This document shows, one piece after another, positions 1 through 10,041 of a stretch of 61,163 bases of DNA (position 1 is the stretch's first letter; every line of letters starts with the position of its first letter). Made by a program: the position numbers and the translations under genes. Source of the stretch: Chloroflexota bacterium (GTDB taxonomy: Bacteria > Chloroflexota > Limnocylindria > Limnocylindrales > CSP1-4); assembly GCA_042408925.1 (NCBI GenBank), contig JBHOQO010000075.1:1-61163 (forward strand). Reading direction: 5' to 3'. A model generated the notes under the pieces. The model made no database searches. It saw nothing but the letters and a program-made list of their open reading frames with translations, and was not told the origin of the DNA.

Positions 1-1
1 C

Positions 2-139
2 CCGACCCCGGGGCTCCTGGCCGCCCTCCGCCGAGCCCGCCGGATCGAGCCCGGGGTCTGGGCCGCGACGCTCCCGGGGCCGCCCGCGGCGCGGCCCGAC
101 GGACCGGCGCCCGACCTCGTTCGGAGGGCTCGGCCATGA
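2..139 (+). CDS. 3' end of an upstream CDS (partial, unknown product)
   Basis: Open frame PTPGLLAALRRARRIEPGVWAATLPGPP...RRARP* from the window edge. It ends in TGA 137-139, overlapping ATG 136 (ATGA coupling). Confidence 0.5.
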   Translation, partial: PTPGLLAALRRARRIEPGVWAATLPGPPAARPDGPAPDLVRRARP

Positions 140-888
140 GGCTCGCCGTGCGCCGCGCCGGCGTCGTCGCCGGCGTCGTCGCCAGCCTCGTCCTCGGCGC
201 CGCCTCGGTCAGGATCGCCGCCGAGTTGACCGCCGCCGCGGCGCCCCCGACCGTCCCGCCGGTCTCCATCGACACGCTCCGCCAGGCGCTCGCCGACGAG
301 CAGGCCCGCTCGGCCGCCCTCGAGGCTCAGCTCGCCGATCTGACCGGCCTCACCGAGCAGCTCCGAGCCGCCCTCGGCGAGACCGGCAGCCAGGTCGAGA
401 GCGACCAGCAGACGGCCGAGCAACTGCGCGCCAGGCTCGCCGACGCCGAGGCGAAGCTCGCGGCAACGACCCGGGCCCTCGCCGCCGCTCGGGCGCGCCT
501 CGCCGAGCTCGAGCGGGCGGCGACCGGCGGAGGGGCGACGAGCGGCGGCGGCTCGGCCGGGTCGGCGGCGGCGCCGAAGCCGACGCCGATCACCCTTGCC
601 ATCGACCTCGCCCTCGGCGGCGGCGGGGTGGCCGTCTCGTGGTCGGTGTGCCCGGTCGACGGCTTCGCCGCGTACGCCGTCGTCCGCTCGACCGACAAGG
701 AGGTCCACTGGCCGCCCGAAGACAACGACACCGAGATCGCCCGCCCGACGAACCGAGCAACGACGTCGGCCGTCGACGCGGGCGCCCCGTCGGGTACCCT
801 CGCCTACCGTGTCTACTGCCTCGTCCTCCGCGACGGCCAGCTGAAGGTGGCCGGCAAGAGCGGGACGGCGTCGATCGTGGTGCCGTGA
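136..888 (+). CDS. Exported or membrane-anchored coiled-coil protein with Gly/Ser linker and C-terminal FN3-like beta domain
   Basis: Hydrophobic N-terminus, heptad-like Ala/Leu/Glu/Arg stretch, GGGATSGGGSAGS linker, then VAVSWSVC...FAAYAVVRS...TSAVD...YRVYC (FN3-like pattern). Coupled to both neighbours. Confidence 0.7.
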   Translation: MRLAVRRAGVVAGVVASLVLGAASVRIAAELTAAAAPPTVPPVSIDTLRQALADEQARSAALEAQLADLTGLTEQLRAALGETGSQVESDQQTAEQLRARLADAEAKLAATTRALAAARARLAELERAATGGGATSGGGSAGSAAAPKPTPITLAIDLALGGGGVAVSWSVCPVDGFAAYAVVRSTDKEVHWPPEDNDTEIARPTNRATTSAVDAGAPSGTLAYRVYCLVLRDGQLKVAGKSGTASIVVP

Positions 889-1376
889 TGGTTCGCCCGC
901 AGGATCCCGGAGCGGACTCGAAGGCCGCGCGGTCGCGGTCGGCGCCGAAGCGGCCGTACCACGTCGTCGTCGCCGTCGGCCTCTCGACGGGCGTCTATGC
1001 CCTCAGCCTCGCCGGGGTCTCGATCCTCCAGTTCGAACACGACCGCCGCCTCATCGAGGCCCGCGAGCCGGTCGCCGACGCTGTCGCCGAGCTCGCCACC
1101 CGCCACGACCGGCTGACCCGGCGGCTCGACACCGTCCGCGGGGCGTACGAGCGGGCGGCCGACCGCTACGGGCTCGTCGGCGACGAGCTCCGCCGTCTCC
1201 ACGACCGCCTCGCCGACCTCCAGGGCCAGGTCGCCGCCATCGAGGGCGCCGCCGGACGGCTGCCGACGGCGATCTCGCTCCCCGCGGTGCCGCGGGCCAA
1301 GCCGGCCCCCGCCCCGGTCGTGAGCCAGTCGGCGCCGAAGACCCACGCCAAGACCGGAGCCTCGGGTGGCGGTTGA
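888..1376 (+). CDS. Single-TM coiled-coil protein ending in Pro-rich hinge and TGAS motif (candidate ApbE substrate)
   Basis: ATG 888 overlaps the upstream TGA (TGATG). Basic N-terminus, TM segment VVVAVGLSTGVYALSLAGVSIL, coiled coil, PAVPRAKPAPAP, then KTGASGGG*. Confidence 0.7.
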   Translation: MVRPQDPGADSKAARSRSAPKRPYHVVVAVGLSTGVYALSLAGVSILQFEHDRRLIEAREPVADAVAELATRHDRLTRRLDTVRGAYERAADRYGLVGDELRRLHDRLADLQGQVAAIEGAAGRLPTAISLPAVPRAKPAPAPVVSQSAPKTHAKTGASGGG

Positions 1377-2433
1377 GCCCGGGACCGGCCTGGCCGGCGA
1401 TCGACGCGGGGGCGCGGGCGATCCCGGCACCGGCCCCGCGGTCGTCCACCGGTTCGAGCGGCGGGTCATGGGCTCGCCGCTCCGCCTCACCCTCGTCTGT
1501 CGGCCCGACGACCCGCCGGCCCTCGCCGAGCGGGGCTGGCGTGCGGTGAGCGACGAGTTCGATGCCGCCGATCTCGCCTGCTCCCGCCACCGGCCGGAAT
1601 CCGAGCTCGTGGCCCTGAACGCGACGGCGGGGCGCGGTCAGGCCGTGCGGGTTTCGGCCCGGCTCTACGAGGCCGTCGCGACCGCCGAGCGGGCCTGGCG
1701 CCGAACCGGCGGCGCCTTCGACCCCCGGATCGCGGCCGATCTCGACCGCCTCGGCCAGCCGGGGGTCGTCCGGGTTCCCGCGACGGCCGCGGGCGATCCG
1801 GCGGACCGGCCCGGCCGGCCCTGGCTCGTCCGGGAGCCCCGCCATCGCCGCCTCGTCCTGGCCGAGCCGATCGACCTCGGCGGGATCGGCAAGGGACTCG
1901 CTCTCCGCTGGGCCTGGCGACGGCTCGCCGCCGTCCTCGCCGCGGCCGGGGTCGACGACGGAACACGCGGCTCCCGGTCGAAGCCGCGCGCGCTCCTCGA
2001 GGCCGGGGGCGACCTCGTCGCCTCGGGGCCGGCGCCTGAAGGGGGCCCCTGGCTCGTGGGGATCGAGGATCCCGAGGGCGGCGAGGAGCCCCTCGCCGTC
2101 CTCGTCGCCGAGGGCGCCGTCTGCACCTCGTCGGTCCGGCTTGGACGCTGGCGCGACGGCGCCGACCGGGTCGTCCACCACCTCGTCGATCCCCGGACCG
2201 GAGAGCCCGGGGGCGAAGGGCTCCTCGCGGTGACCGTCGCCGGCCCCGACCCGGCCTGGGCCGAGGTCTGGACGAAGGCCTGCTTCCTCGCCGGCCGCTC
2301 CGGGATCGAGGCCGAGGCGCTCCGGCGCCGGCTCGCGGCCTGGTGGATCGGGGCCGACGGCGAGCTGACGATGACCCGGGCGGCGGCGGAGCAAACGGTC
2401 TGGTCGACGGCCGGCTGGCGAATCGTCGGCTGA
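1366..2433 (+). CDS. apbE: FAD:protein FMN transferase (ApbE family)
   Basis: Motifs FDPRI, DLGGIGKG, EAGGDLVASG, WLVGIEDP, CTSS, HHLVDPRTG. No obvious signal peptide. Confidence 0.9.
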   Translation: MAVEPGTGLAGDRRGGAGDPGTGPAVVHRFERRVMGSPLRLTLVCRPDDPPALAERGWRAVSDEFDAADLACSRHRPESELVALNATAGRGQAVRVSARLYEAVATAERAWRRTGGAFDPRIAADLDRLGQPGVVRVPATAAGDPADRPGRPWLVREPRHRRLVLAEPIDLGGIGKGLALRWAWRRLAAVLAAAGVDDGTRGSRSKPRALLEAGGDLVASGPAPEGGPWLVGIEDPEGGEEPLAVLVAEGAVCTSSVRLGRWRDGADRVVHHLVDPRTGEPGGEGLLAVTVAGPDPAWAEVWTKACFLAGRSGIEAEALRRRLAAWWIGADGELTMTRAAAEQTVWSTAGWRIVG

Positions 2434-2516
2434 CGGCGCGGCCGGTCGGTACCGGGCCGGGGTCGCCGCGGGCCGGCGTCGGCACGGGGCGGCGGTCGCC
2501 GCGGGGCCGCGTCCGG

Positions 2517-3176
2517 CTAGGCGTCCACCGGGACGAGCCCGACCCGGACCGCGAAGCGGACGAGCCCTGGGACGTCGTGGATGTCGAGCCGCTCCATGAG
2601 CGCCGCCCGATGCGTCTCGACGGTCTTGACGCCGATCCCCAGGGCGTGGGCGATCTCCTGGTTCGTCCGCCCCTCGGCGATGAGCTGGATGATTTCGACC
2701 TGCCGCGGCGTAAGCCGGGCGAGGGGGCCCTGGTCCGACCCCGTCCGCCCGGCGAGCAGGTCGGCGACGACCGAGGTCGAGACGCTCGGGCTCAAGTAGA
2801 TCCGACCGCGGGCGACGGCGCGAAGGGCGAGGTCGAGCTCGTCGGGGTCGGCGTCCTTGAGGAGGTACCCGGCGGCCCCGAGGCGGAGCGACTGGCGGAC
2901 GTACTCCTCGCCGTCGTGGACCGAGAGCATGAGAACGCGCGGCGCCGGCTCCCGCGCCGTCAGCCGCCGCAGGACCTGGAGGCCGCCGAGGCCCGGCAGC
3001 GTGATGTCGAGGAGGACGACGTCGGGTCGGAGGGCGTCGACGAGCTCGAGGGCGGCGGCGCCGTCGGACGCCTCCCCGACGACACTGACCCCGTTCCGGC
3101 CGTCGAGGATCGCCCGGAGTCCGGCCCGCACGAGCCCGTGGTCCTCGACAATGAGGACCCGGAGCCGGCTCGTCAT
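2517..3176 (-). CDS. NarL/LuxR-family response regulator
   Basis: LIVEDHGLVRAG, DVVLLDITLPG, GYLLKDA, LTPRQVEIIQLIAEGRTNQEIA...KTVETHRAALMERL. Confidence 0.93.
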   Translation of the reverse strand: MTSRLRVLIVEDHGLVRAGLRAILDGRNGVSVVGEASDGAAALELVDALRPDVVLLDITLPGLGGLQVLRRLTAREPAPRVLMLSVHDGEEYVRQSLRLGAAGYLLKDADPDELDLALRAVARGRIYLSPSVSTSVVADLLAGRTGSDQGPLARLTPRQVEIIQLIAEGRTNQEIAHALGIGVKTVETHRAALMERLDIHDVPGLVRFAVRVGLVPVDA

Positions 3177-4129
3177 CGGTGACGGGCCGCGGACGCGAGG
3201 CCGACGCCTGCCCCCGGCCGGGCGAGCGGTTCGGGAGCGGGCGCCACGAACCGCTCAGGATGTCGGCTCGGCGCCTCCTCCGACCCGGGCGTCGATCGAA
3301 CCGCCGGCGCCCCGTCGAGGGGGAAGCGGGCTCGGATCCGGGTCCCGGCGTCCGGTGCCGACCGGATGTCGAGCTCGCCGCCGACCGCGAGGACCCGGGC
3401 CCGCATCCCCCAGAGGCCGCTGCTCGCTCCGGCGGCGGCGGCGAGGGTAGCTCGGACGACGTCGAAGCCCCGGCCGTCGTCGGCGACGACGAGCTCGAGC
3501 CAGCGCCCGCTGCGCCGGAGGACGACGTCGACGACCCTCGCCCCGGCGTGGCGATCGATGTTCGTGAGGGCCTCCTCGAGGACCCGGTAGCAGGCGGTCT
3601 CGACGGCGTCGGGGAGTGTCGCCTCGAGGCCGGCGCAGCGGATCCTGGCCCGGAAGCCGGCGAGGGCGGCGTGGCGGGCGAGCCCGCTTCGGGCGGCCGC
3701 CTCGAGCCCCAGATCGGCGACGATCGACGGGCGGAGCTCGCGAACGAACGAACGGACGGCTCGGAGCGCCTCGTCGATCTGCTGGAGGCAGACGTCGAGC
3801 GGGGTCCGCGAGCCCTGGGGGAGCCCGTCCCGGCCGAGGGCGACGATGGCGAGTCGGACGGCCGTCAGGGCCTGGCCGACGACGTCGTGGAGCTCGCGGG
3901 CGAGCCGCTGGCGCTCGAGCTCGATCGGCTCGCCGGACGGCGGCGGTGCGCCGGGACCCGAGGGACCGGCTGACGTCGAGGCCGACCGGGCCGCCGGCGA
4001 GCTGCCGGTCGCCGGCGAGCTGCCGGTCGTGCCCTGCGCCGCGGCGCCTCCGTCCTCCGAGCGGTCGGTGGGCGGAACCGACGCTCGGCTCCGCGCACTC
4101 CGTGGCGTTGGCAAGACGGGCCCGATCAC
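3173..4129 (-). CDS. HisKA_3 histidine kinase without recognisable sensor or TM domain
   Basis: ERQRLARELHDVVGQ, EEALTNIDRH, DDGRGF, SSGLWGMRARV. GTG 4129 has a GGAGGAGG RBS; the N-terminus is low complexity. Confidence 0.85.
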   Translation of the reverse strand: MIGPVLPTPRSARSRASVPPTDRSEDGGAAAQGTTGSSPATGSSPAARSASTSAGPSGPGAPPPSGEPIELERQRLARELHDVVGQALTAVRLAIVALGRDGLPQGSRTPLDVCLQQIDEALRAVRSFVRELRPSIVADLGLEAAARSGLARHAALAGFRARIRCAGLEATLPDAVETACYRVLEEALTNIDRHAGARVVDVVLRRSGRWLELVVADDGRGFDVVRATLAAAAGASSGLWGMRARVLAVGGELDIRSAPDAGTRIRARFPLDGAPAVRSTPGSEEAPSRHPERFVAPAPEPLARPGAGVGLASAARHR

Positions 4130-4537
4130 GTTCCCCTCCTCCACGTTCTGCGGCCGTGCCTGGCGTGCCAAACCGGCGATAGACACCCCTGCAGATCTCG
4201 CGATCGTCGCGCATCGATCGCCGAGCCGGTCGATGCCGTTCCCCTGTCACGGACGGCGGCGGGGACGAGCCGCCGTGCCATCAGGATCGCCCGTCGGGGC
4301 GGGCGCGGCAAGATCGCGGAAGGCGACCAATCGCGATGGTCATCATCGACCAGTTGCCGGGTCCGAACCGACCACGAGCGCGCGGATCGGGCGGGGCGGG
4401 CTCCCGGGCGATCGTGGCCGAGACGGAGGGTCGGGCTGGCGGACCCGTGTCGAGGCTCGGGAGGGGTTGACGACCCGCCTATACTCGCGGGTATCGGATG
4501 CGCCCTGTGGCGCGGCCGGGGCGCCGTCGATGGCGAG

Positions 4538-5683
4538 GTGGAGGTAGCGGAGGCGATGGGGGCCCAGCCGGTCGAACCCGGTCCGGTCCAGGAACAGCGT
4601 CGGTTCCGGCGTTGGCTCGCCGGGGAGCCGACATGGCTTCAGGCGGCCCTCGATCTGTTCGGCCTGTTCGTCATCGTCCTCACCTTCGCCCAGGCGGGCG
4701 ACCCGGATTTCCTCTTCCACGTCGTCTGGGTCGTCCTGGCGATCGAGGCGTTCCTCTTCGGCCTCCGGGTGACCGCCCTCCGGATCGCGCTGGCGACGGG
4801 CTTCCTCCTCGGCTACGAGCTCGCCGTCGAGGCGGAGCTCGCCCTCGCCGGCCGGCCGCTCGTGCCGCTCGAGTTCTCGATCTGGCCGGTCTCCGAGTGG
4901 CCGCTCATGGTCGTCATCTCGATCATCGTCGCGGTCATGGCCGACCGACTCGCCACGACCGGGCGTCGCTACGCGGGCCTCTACCGGCGGGCGAACGACC
5001 GGCTCCTCTCGGCTCAGGAACAGGAGCGTCGCCGCCTCGCCCGGGACCTCCACGACGGCGTCGGCCAGACGCTGACCGCCCTGACCCTGACCCTCGACGC
5101 CGCCGAGTCGCTCCTCTGGGCCGGCCCCGAGAAGCCGCCGGAGCACGCCCGGGCGGCGATCCGCCGGGCCCAGGAGCTCGCGGCAGCGGCCCTCGAGGAG
5201 ACCCGGGGCGTCGCCTTCCAGCTCCGGCCGGCCCGGCTCCACGAGACCGGCCTCGTCGCCGCCATCTCGGAGCTGGCGCGGATGGCCGGTCGCCCGGTCG
5301 AGGTCGTCGCCGAGCCCCGGCTGATCCGCCTCGGGCTCCTGGCCCCGGAGGCCGAGGTCGAGGCGTACCGGATCGTCCAGGAGGCGCTCGGGAACGCCCT
5401 CCGCCACGCCCGGGCGGAGCGGATCCGGATCGAGGCCGGCCTCGCCGGCGAGCGGCTCGTCGTCCGGGTCGTCGACGACGGCGTCGGGTTCGACCCCGAT
5501 CGGGTCCAGGGGCTGGGGCTCCCGGGGATGCAGGAGCGGGCGGCGGCGATCGGGGCCGTCCTCGCCGTCGTCAGCCGGCCGGGTCGAGGGACGACGGTCA
5601 CCCTCTCGATCCCCCTCGCCGGGCACCCCCGGTCGGTCTCCGGCGAGGTCGTCGACGCCGCGCCGATGGCGGCTCGGACCTAG
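4538..5683 (+). CDS. Membrane HisKA_3 sensor histidine kinase
   Basis: About 4 hydrophobic segments, then ERRRLARDLHDGVGQ, QEALGNALRH, DDGVGFD, GLGLPGMQERA. Start may be ATG 4556. Confidence 0.9.
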   Translation: MEVAEAMGAQPVEPGPVQEQRRFRRWLAGEPTWLQAALDLFGLFVIVLTFAQAGDPDFLFHVVWVVLAIEAFLFGLRVTALRIALATGFLLGYELAVEAELALAGRPLVPLEFSIWPVSEWPLMVVISIIVAVMADRLATTGRRYAGLYRRANDRLLSAQEQERRRLARDLHDGVGQTLTALTLTLDAAESLLWAGPEKPPEHARAAIRRAQELAAAALEETRGVAFQLRPARLHETGLVAAISELARMAGRPVEVVAEPRLIRLGLLAPEAEVEAYRIVQEALGNALRHARAERIRIEAGLAGERLVVRVVDDGVGFDPDRVQGLGLPGMQERAAAIGAVLAVVSRPGRGTTVTLSIPLAGHPRSVSGEVVDAAPMAART

Positions 5684-5694
5684 GGGCGAGGGCC

Positions 5695-6450
5695 GTGACG
5701 CCGGCGCGGGCTCGGACGTCGGCGGCCGAAGCGGCCGCCGACGGCGGGGCGGTCGTTGTGGGTGAATTCCATGGCGGAGGCGGGACGGCGCCGGGCGCGT
5801 CGGCCCGCGGTCCTGGTGCGATCCGGATCGGGATCGTCGAGGACCACGCCCTCGTCCGCGAAGGGCTCCGCCTCGTCCTCGAGCACGAACCGGGCCTCGT
5901 CGTCGTCGGCGAAGCCGACGGCTCCCAATCGGCCTTCGAGCTCCTCGCCGCCGACCCGGACATCCTGCTCGTCGACATCACGCTCCCCGATGTCGACGGG
6001 ATCGCCCTGATCCGGGCGCTCCTCGCGCGCCGCCCGGAGGCCCGGGTCATCGCCCTGACGATGCACCGGGATGCCGAGACGGTCCGGCAGGCGCTCCTGG
6101 CCGGGGCGCGCGGCTACGTCGTCAAGGGGGCCCGGTCGGCGGAGCTTGCCGACGCGATCCGGGCGGTCGCTCGGGGTGAGCGCTACCTCCACAGCTCGGT
6201 GACCGGGGTCATCGTCGACGACTCGATCCGCTGGCTCCAGTCGGGCGGCACGTTGAGCGCCCGGGAGCGCGAGGTCCTGAGTCTCCTCGCCGCCGGGAAC
6301 TCCTCGACGAGCGTGGCGAAGCTGCTCGGCATCAGCCCGCACACGGTCCGCCGTCACGTCGCGAACCTGTCGGCGAAGCTGAAGGTCCGGGGGATCGCCG
6401 GGCTGACCCGCTACGCCACCCAGCACGGGCTCGTCCGCGACGGCGACTGA
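5695..6450 (+). CDS. NarL/LuxR-family response regulator
   Basis: IVEDHALVREG, DILLVDITLPD, GYVVKG, LSAREREVLSLLAAG...HTVRRHVANL. Start GTG 5695 is uncertain. Confidence 0.9.
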   Translation: MTPARARTSAAEAAADGGAVVVGEFHGGGGTAPGASARGPGAIRIGIVEDHALVREGLRLVLEHEPGLVVVGEADGSQSAFELLAADPDILLVDITLPDVDGIALIRALLARRPEARVIALTMHRDAETVRQALLAGARGYVVKGARSAELADAIRAVARGERYLHSSVTGVIVDDSIRWLQSGGTLSAREREVLSLLAAGNSSTSVAKLLGISPHTVRRHVANLSAKLKVRGIAGLTRYATQHGLVRDGD

Positions 6451-6488
6451 CGCCGGGGTTGCGGGCCCCGAGCCGCCCGTCGGCTCCG

Positions 6489-7379
6489 TCAGCCGAGGGC
6501 GTCTCGAAGCGGCCGGGCGACCTCCCGCTCGATCGCCTCGACCCCGCCCGGTCCTTCCGCGGGCACCATCGCCAGGACGATCTCCGTCGCCCCGGCTCGG
6601 GCGAAGGCGAGACCGCCCTCGACGGCGGCCCGGCGCTCCCCGGCGGTCGTCCCGCACGAGACCTGGCCGACGAGGGCGAGGGTCGCCGGATCGCGGCCGA
6701 TCGCCTCGCAGGCCGCCCGCAGGGCGTCGCGGCGATCGACGAAGTAGTCGACGTCTCCGGCGGCGATCCCCGGCAGGAGCCAGCCGTCGGCGAGCCGGGC
6801 GGCGAGGGCGATCCCCCGGCGGCGCTGGCCGCCGAGGTAGATCGGGGGGCCGCCGGGAGTGCGGGGCGGCGGCTCGTTTGTCGCCCGGTCGAGCGGGTAG
6901 TAGGGGTCGGGGCGGGTCACGCCGGGCGGCGCCGCGGCCGCGGGGGAGAAGAGGGCCTTGAGGACCTCGACTGCGTGCTCGAAGCGATCGAAGCGCTCGG
7001 GCATCGGCGGCAGGGGGATCCCGAACTGGGCGTGCTCGCCCTCGTGCCAACCGGTCCCGAGGCCGAGGATGAACCGCCCGCCGGTCGCATGGTCGAGGAC
7101 CGTCGCCGCCTTGGCGAGGACCGCCGGGTGGCGGAACGTGTTCGCCAGGACGGCGTGGCCGATCCAGCGTCCCGGAACGCGGTGGGCGAGGGCGGCGGCG
7201 ACGGTGAAGGCCTCGAAGCTCGGCCCCCAGCGGTCGCCGGAGAGATCGGTCAGGTGGTCGTTCAGCCAGACCCCGTCGAAGGCGTCGGACTCGCCGATCC
7301 GGGCCCAGACCGCATCGAGGGTCGGCCAGTCGACCCGCTGCGGCGAGGTCTTGATCGAGATCCGGACCCGCGGGTCCAT
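6489..7379 (-). CDS. LLM-class (luciferase-like) flavin/F420-dependent oxidoreductase
   Basis: DGVWLNDHL, NTFRHPAVLAKAATVLDHATGGRFILGLGTGW, PPIYLGG. ATG 7379. Confidence 0.88.
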   Translation of the reverse strand: MDPRVRISIKTSPQRVDWPTLDAVWARIGESDAFDGVWLNDHLTDLSGDRWGPSFEAFTVAAALAHRVPGRWIGHAVLANTFRHPAVLAKAATVLDHATGGRFILGLGTGWHEGEHAQFGIPLPPMPERFDRFEHAVEVLKALFSPAAAAPPGVTRPDPYYPLDRATNEPPPRTPGGPPIYLGGQRRRGIALAARLADGWLLPGIAAGDVDYFVDRRDALRAACEAIGRDPATLALVGQVSCGTTAGERRAAVEGGLAFARAGATEIVLAMVPAEGPGGVEAIEREVARPLRDALG

Positions 7380-7396
7380 CGGCCGCGACGTTTCGC

Positions 7397-9133
7397 TCAG
7401 CCGAGGGGATGCGCGGCCCGCAGCCGCCCGCCGGTCGTCACCGCGCCCTCCGAGGCCGACGAGACGAGGGCCGCGTACTTGGCGAGGGCGCCGCTCCGAT
7501 AGCGAGGCTCCGGCGGTCGCCAGGCGGCCCGGCGGCGTTCGAGCTCGGCCGGATCGACGAGGAGATCGAGGCGCTTGGCGTCGACGTCGATCTCGATGAG
7601 GTCGCCGTCCTCGACGAGGGCGATCGGGCCGCCGAGGGCGGCCTCCGGGGCGACGTGGCCGATCATGAGGCCGTGGGTCCCGCCCGAGAAGCGGCCGTCG
7701 GTCAGGAGGGCGACCTCGGGCCCCAGGCCCTCGCCGACGAGGGCGGCGGTGACGCTCAGCATCTCCTGCATCCCCGGCCCGCCGACCGGGCCCTCGTAGC
7801 GGATGACGATGACGTCGCCGGGTCGGATCTGCTGATTCTTCACGGCCTCGAAGCAGGCGGGCTCGGAGTCGAAGACCCGGGCCGGGCCGCGGTGGTGGCG
7901 GCGTTCGTGGCCGGCGAGCTTGATGACGCAGCCGTCCGGGGCGAGGCTGCCGCGCAGGATCGCGAGGCCGCCGACCGGCTTGAGCGGTCGTTCGATGGGG
8001 ACGACGACCTCCTGGCCGGGCGTCTCGACGGCGGCGGCGGCGATCTCGGCGATCGTCCGCCCGTCGACCGTCCGGCACGATCCGTGGAGGAGGTTGCGCT
8101 TCAGGAGCTCGCGCATGACGAGGCCGACGCCGCCGGCCTCGTACATGTCCGCCGCCGTGAACCGCCCGCCGGGTTGCATGTCGGCGACGATCGGGGTCCG
8201 GTCGGCGATCCGGCCGAAGTCGTCGAGCTCGAGGGGGACCCCGAATTCGTGGGCGATGGCGAGGAGGTGGAGGACGGCGTTCGTGCTGCCCCCCGTCGCG
8301 GCAACCGAAGCGATGGCGTTCTCGAGGGCCTCGCGGGTCACGATGGAGGACGGCCGGATGTCGTGGCGGACGAGGCTCATCGCGATCTCGCCCGTCCGCC
8401 GGGCGGCCTCGTCTTTCGCCGGGTCCTCGGCCGGGATCCCGTTGAGGCCGGCCGGGCTGAGGCCGAGGAACTCGAGGGCGGTGCTCATCGTGTTCGCGGT
8501 GTACTGGCCGCCGCAGGCGCCGGCCCCGGGGCAGGCGACGTTCTCGATCTCGTAGAGCTCCTCGAGGCTGATCTTGCCGGCCCGGTAGGCACCGACGGCC
8601 TCGAAGACCGTGACGATCGTGGCGTTCCGGCGACCCCGATAGACGCCGGGGTAGATCGTGCCGTTGTAGAGGACGACGCCGGGGACGTCGAGACGGCCGA
8701 GGGCCATCGCCGCGGCCGGGATCGTCTTGTCGCAGCCGACGAGGCAGACGAGGCCGTCGAGGAGGTGACCGCGAACGACGAGCTCGATGCTGTCGGCGAT
8801 GACCTCGCGGCTGACGAGGGACGCCTTCATCCCCTCGGTCCCCATCGAGACGCCGTCGCTGACGGCGATGGTGTTGAACTCCATCGGAGTGCCACCGGCG
8901 GCCCGGATCCCTTCCTTCACGAACTCGGCGAGGCGACGCTGGTTGTAGTTGCAGGGCATCGTCTCGATCCAGCTTGTGGCGACGCCGACGAGGGGCTTCG
9001 AGAGGTCCTCGTCGGTGAAGCCGATCGCCTTGAGCATCGCCCGGGCCGGGGCGCGGTCGGGGCCTTCGGTCAGGGCGACGCTGTGGCGCTTCGCCGGGTC
9101 GGGGGGGCGGTGGTAGGGGTGGGGGTCGGGCAT
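7397..9133 (-). CDS. ilvD: Dihydroxy-acid dehydratase
   Basis: [60 protein letters not shown] 9133. Confidence 0.97.
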   Translation of the reverse strand: MPDPHPYHRPPDPAKRHSVALTEGPDRAPARAMLKAIGFTDEDLSKPLVGVATSWIETMPCNYNQRRLAEFVKEGIRAAGGTPMEFNTIAVSDGVSMGTEGMKASLVSREVIADSIELVVRGHLLDGLVCLVGCDKTIPAAAMALGRLDVPGVVLYNGTIYPGVYRGRRNATIVTVFEAVGAYRAGKISLEELYEIENVACPGAGACGGQYTANTMSTALEFLGLSPAGLNGIPAEDPAKDEAARRTGEIAMSLVRHDIRPSSIVTREALENAIASVAATGGSTNAVLHLLAIAHEFGVPLELDDFGRIADRTPIVADMQPGGRFTAADMYEAGGVGLVMRELLKRNLLHGSCRTVDGRTIAEIAAAAVETPGQEVVVPIERPLKPVGGLAILRGSLAPDGCVIKLAGHERRHHRGPARVFDSEPACFEAVKNQQIRPGDVIVIRYEGPVGGPGMQEMLSVTAALVGEGLGPEVALLTDGRFSGGTHGLMIGHVAPEAALGGPIALVEDGDLIEIDVDAKRLDLLVDPAELERRRAAWRPPEPRYRSGALAKYAALVSSASEGAVTTGGRLRAAHPLG

Positions 9134-10041
9134 CGTGGGTCGTCCTCGCGTGGCTGGGCACACTCTGGCGGAGCCGGTCCGGGCCGACTCGGAGGTCGCC
9201 GGCCGACCGCTTCGCGCTGGTCTCGCCTCCAGTCTAGGCCGCGGGACTGTCTTCGGTCACCCGCGATGGTCACGTCGCTCCCTCGTCGGGGAGCCGGGCG
9301 ACGCCGTTGCCCGGCCTGCGCACCGGCCCGGCGTCTGGCAGGCCGCCGTGCGCGCGGGCCCGGGGTCCGCTCGTGTCGTGCCGCTCGAACGAACCAGATC
9401 CCCGCCAACGGTCCTTGCGGTGCGCGGAGCCAGGCCCGAACCGCCCGAGTCCGTGCCGGGAGCGTCGGGCGCAGGACGTCCTCGAAGCGGTCGACCTTGG
9501 CCCGCAGACCGGAGCGGTCCGGGAGGACGACGAGGCGGGCGACGGCGGCCGGTCGCCAGCCCCGCTCGGGCGCCAGGACGGCGACGGCGATCCGCGCCTT
9601 CCGATCGAGGGAACCGAGGAGGTCCTGGAGGTCGACGAGGTCGGACTTCACCTCGACGACGAGGAGCGCCCGAGCCTCGGGATGCCAGGCCACTAGATCG
9701 ATGGCGCCGCGCTCGCCGAAGTGGTTGAAGGTCCACTCGTGGAGGACCTCCCAGCCGAGCGCCCGGAGGATCGCCGTCGCGGCGGCCACGATCTCGGCGT
9801 GGTCGGCATCGAGGAGGCGGTCGAGCTCCGGGCCGCGCCACCGGACTCGAACCTCGAGGGAGGCGCCGAGGGCGCCGAGGACCGCTCGGAGGGCTCGGAT
9901 CGTCGTCGTCTCGAGATCGCCTCGTTCCAGGCGCGAGACTTGCTGCTGGCTCTGCTTCGCTCGCAGCCCGAGCTGGCGCTGGCTCAAGCCGAGCCGGAGT
10001 CGGATGACGCGGATGGTTCTGCCGATGCGGGCGCTGTCCAT
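9070..10041 (-). CDS. XRE-family HTH fused to PD-(D/E)XK-like nuclease domain, with long Arg-rich tail
   Basis: [28 protein letters not shown] (XRE HTH), then GAIDLVAW...LVVEVKS (D...ExK). The tail overlaps the ilvD start by 64 nt. Confidence 0.8.
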   Translation of the reverse strand: MDSARIGRTIRVIRLRLGLSQRQLGLRAKQSQQQVSRLERGDLETTTIRALRAVLGALGASLEVRVRWRGPELDRLLDADHAEIVAAATAILRALGWEVLHEWTFNHFGERGAIDLVAWHPEARALLVVEVKSDLVDLQDLLGSLDRKARIAVAVLAPERGWRPAAVARLVVLPDRSGLRAKVDRFEDVLRPTLPARTRAVRAWLRAPQGPLAGIWFVRAARHERTPGPRARRPARRRAGAQAGQRRRPAPRRGSDVTIAGDRRQSRGLDWRRDQREAVGRRPPSRPGPAPPECAQPREDDPRCPTPTPTTAPPTRRSATASP

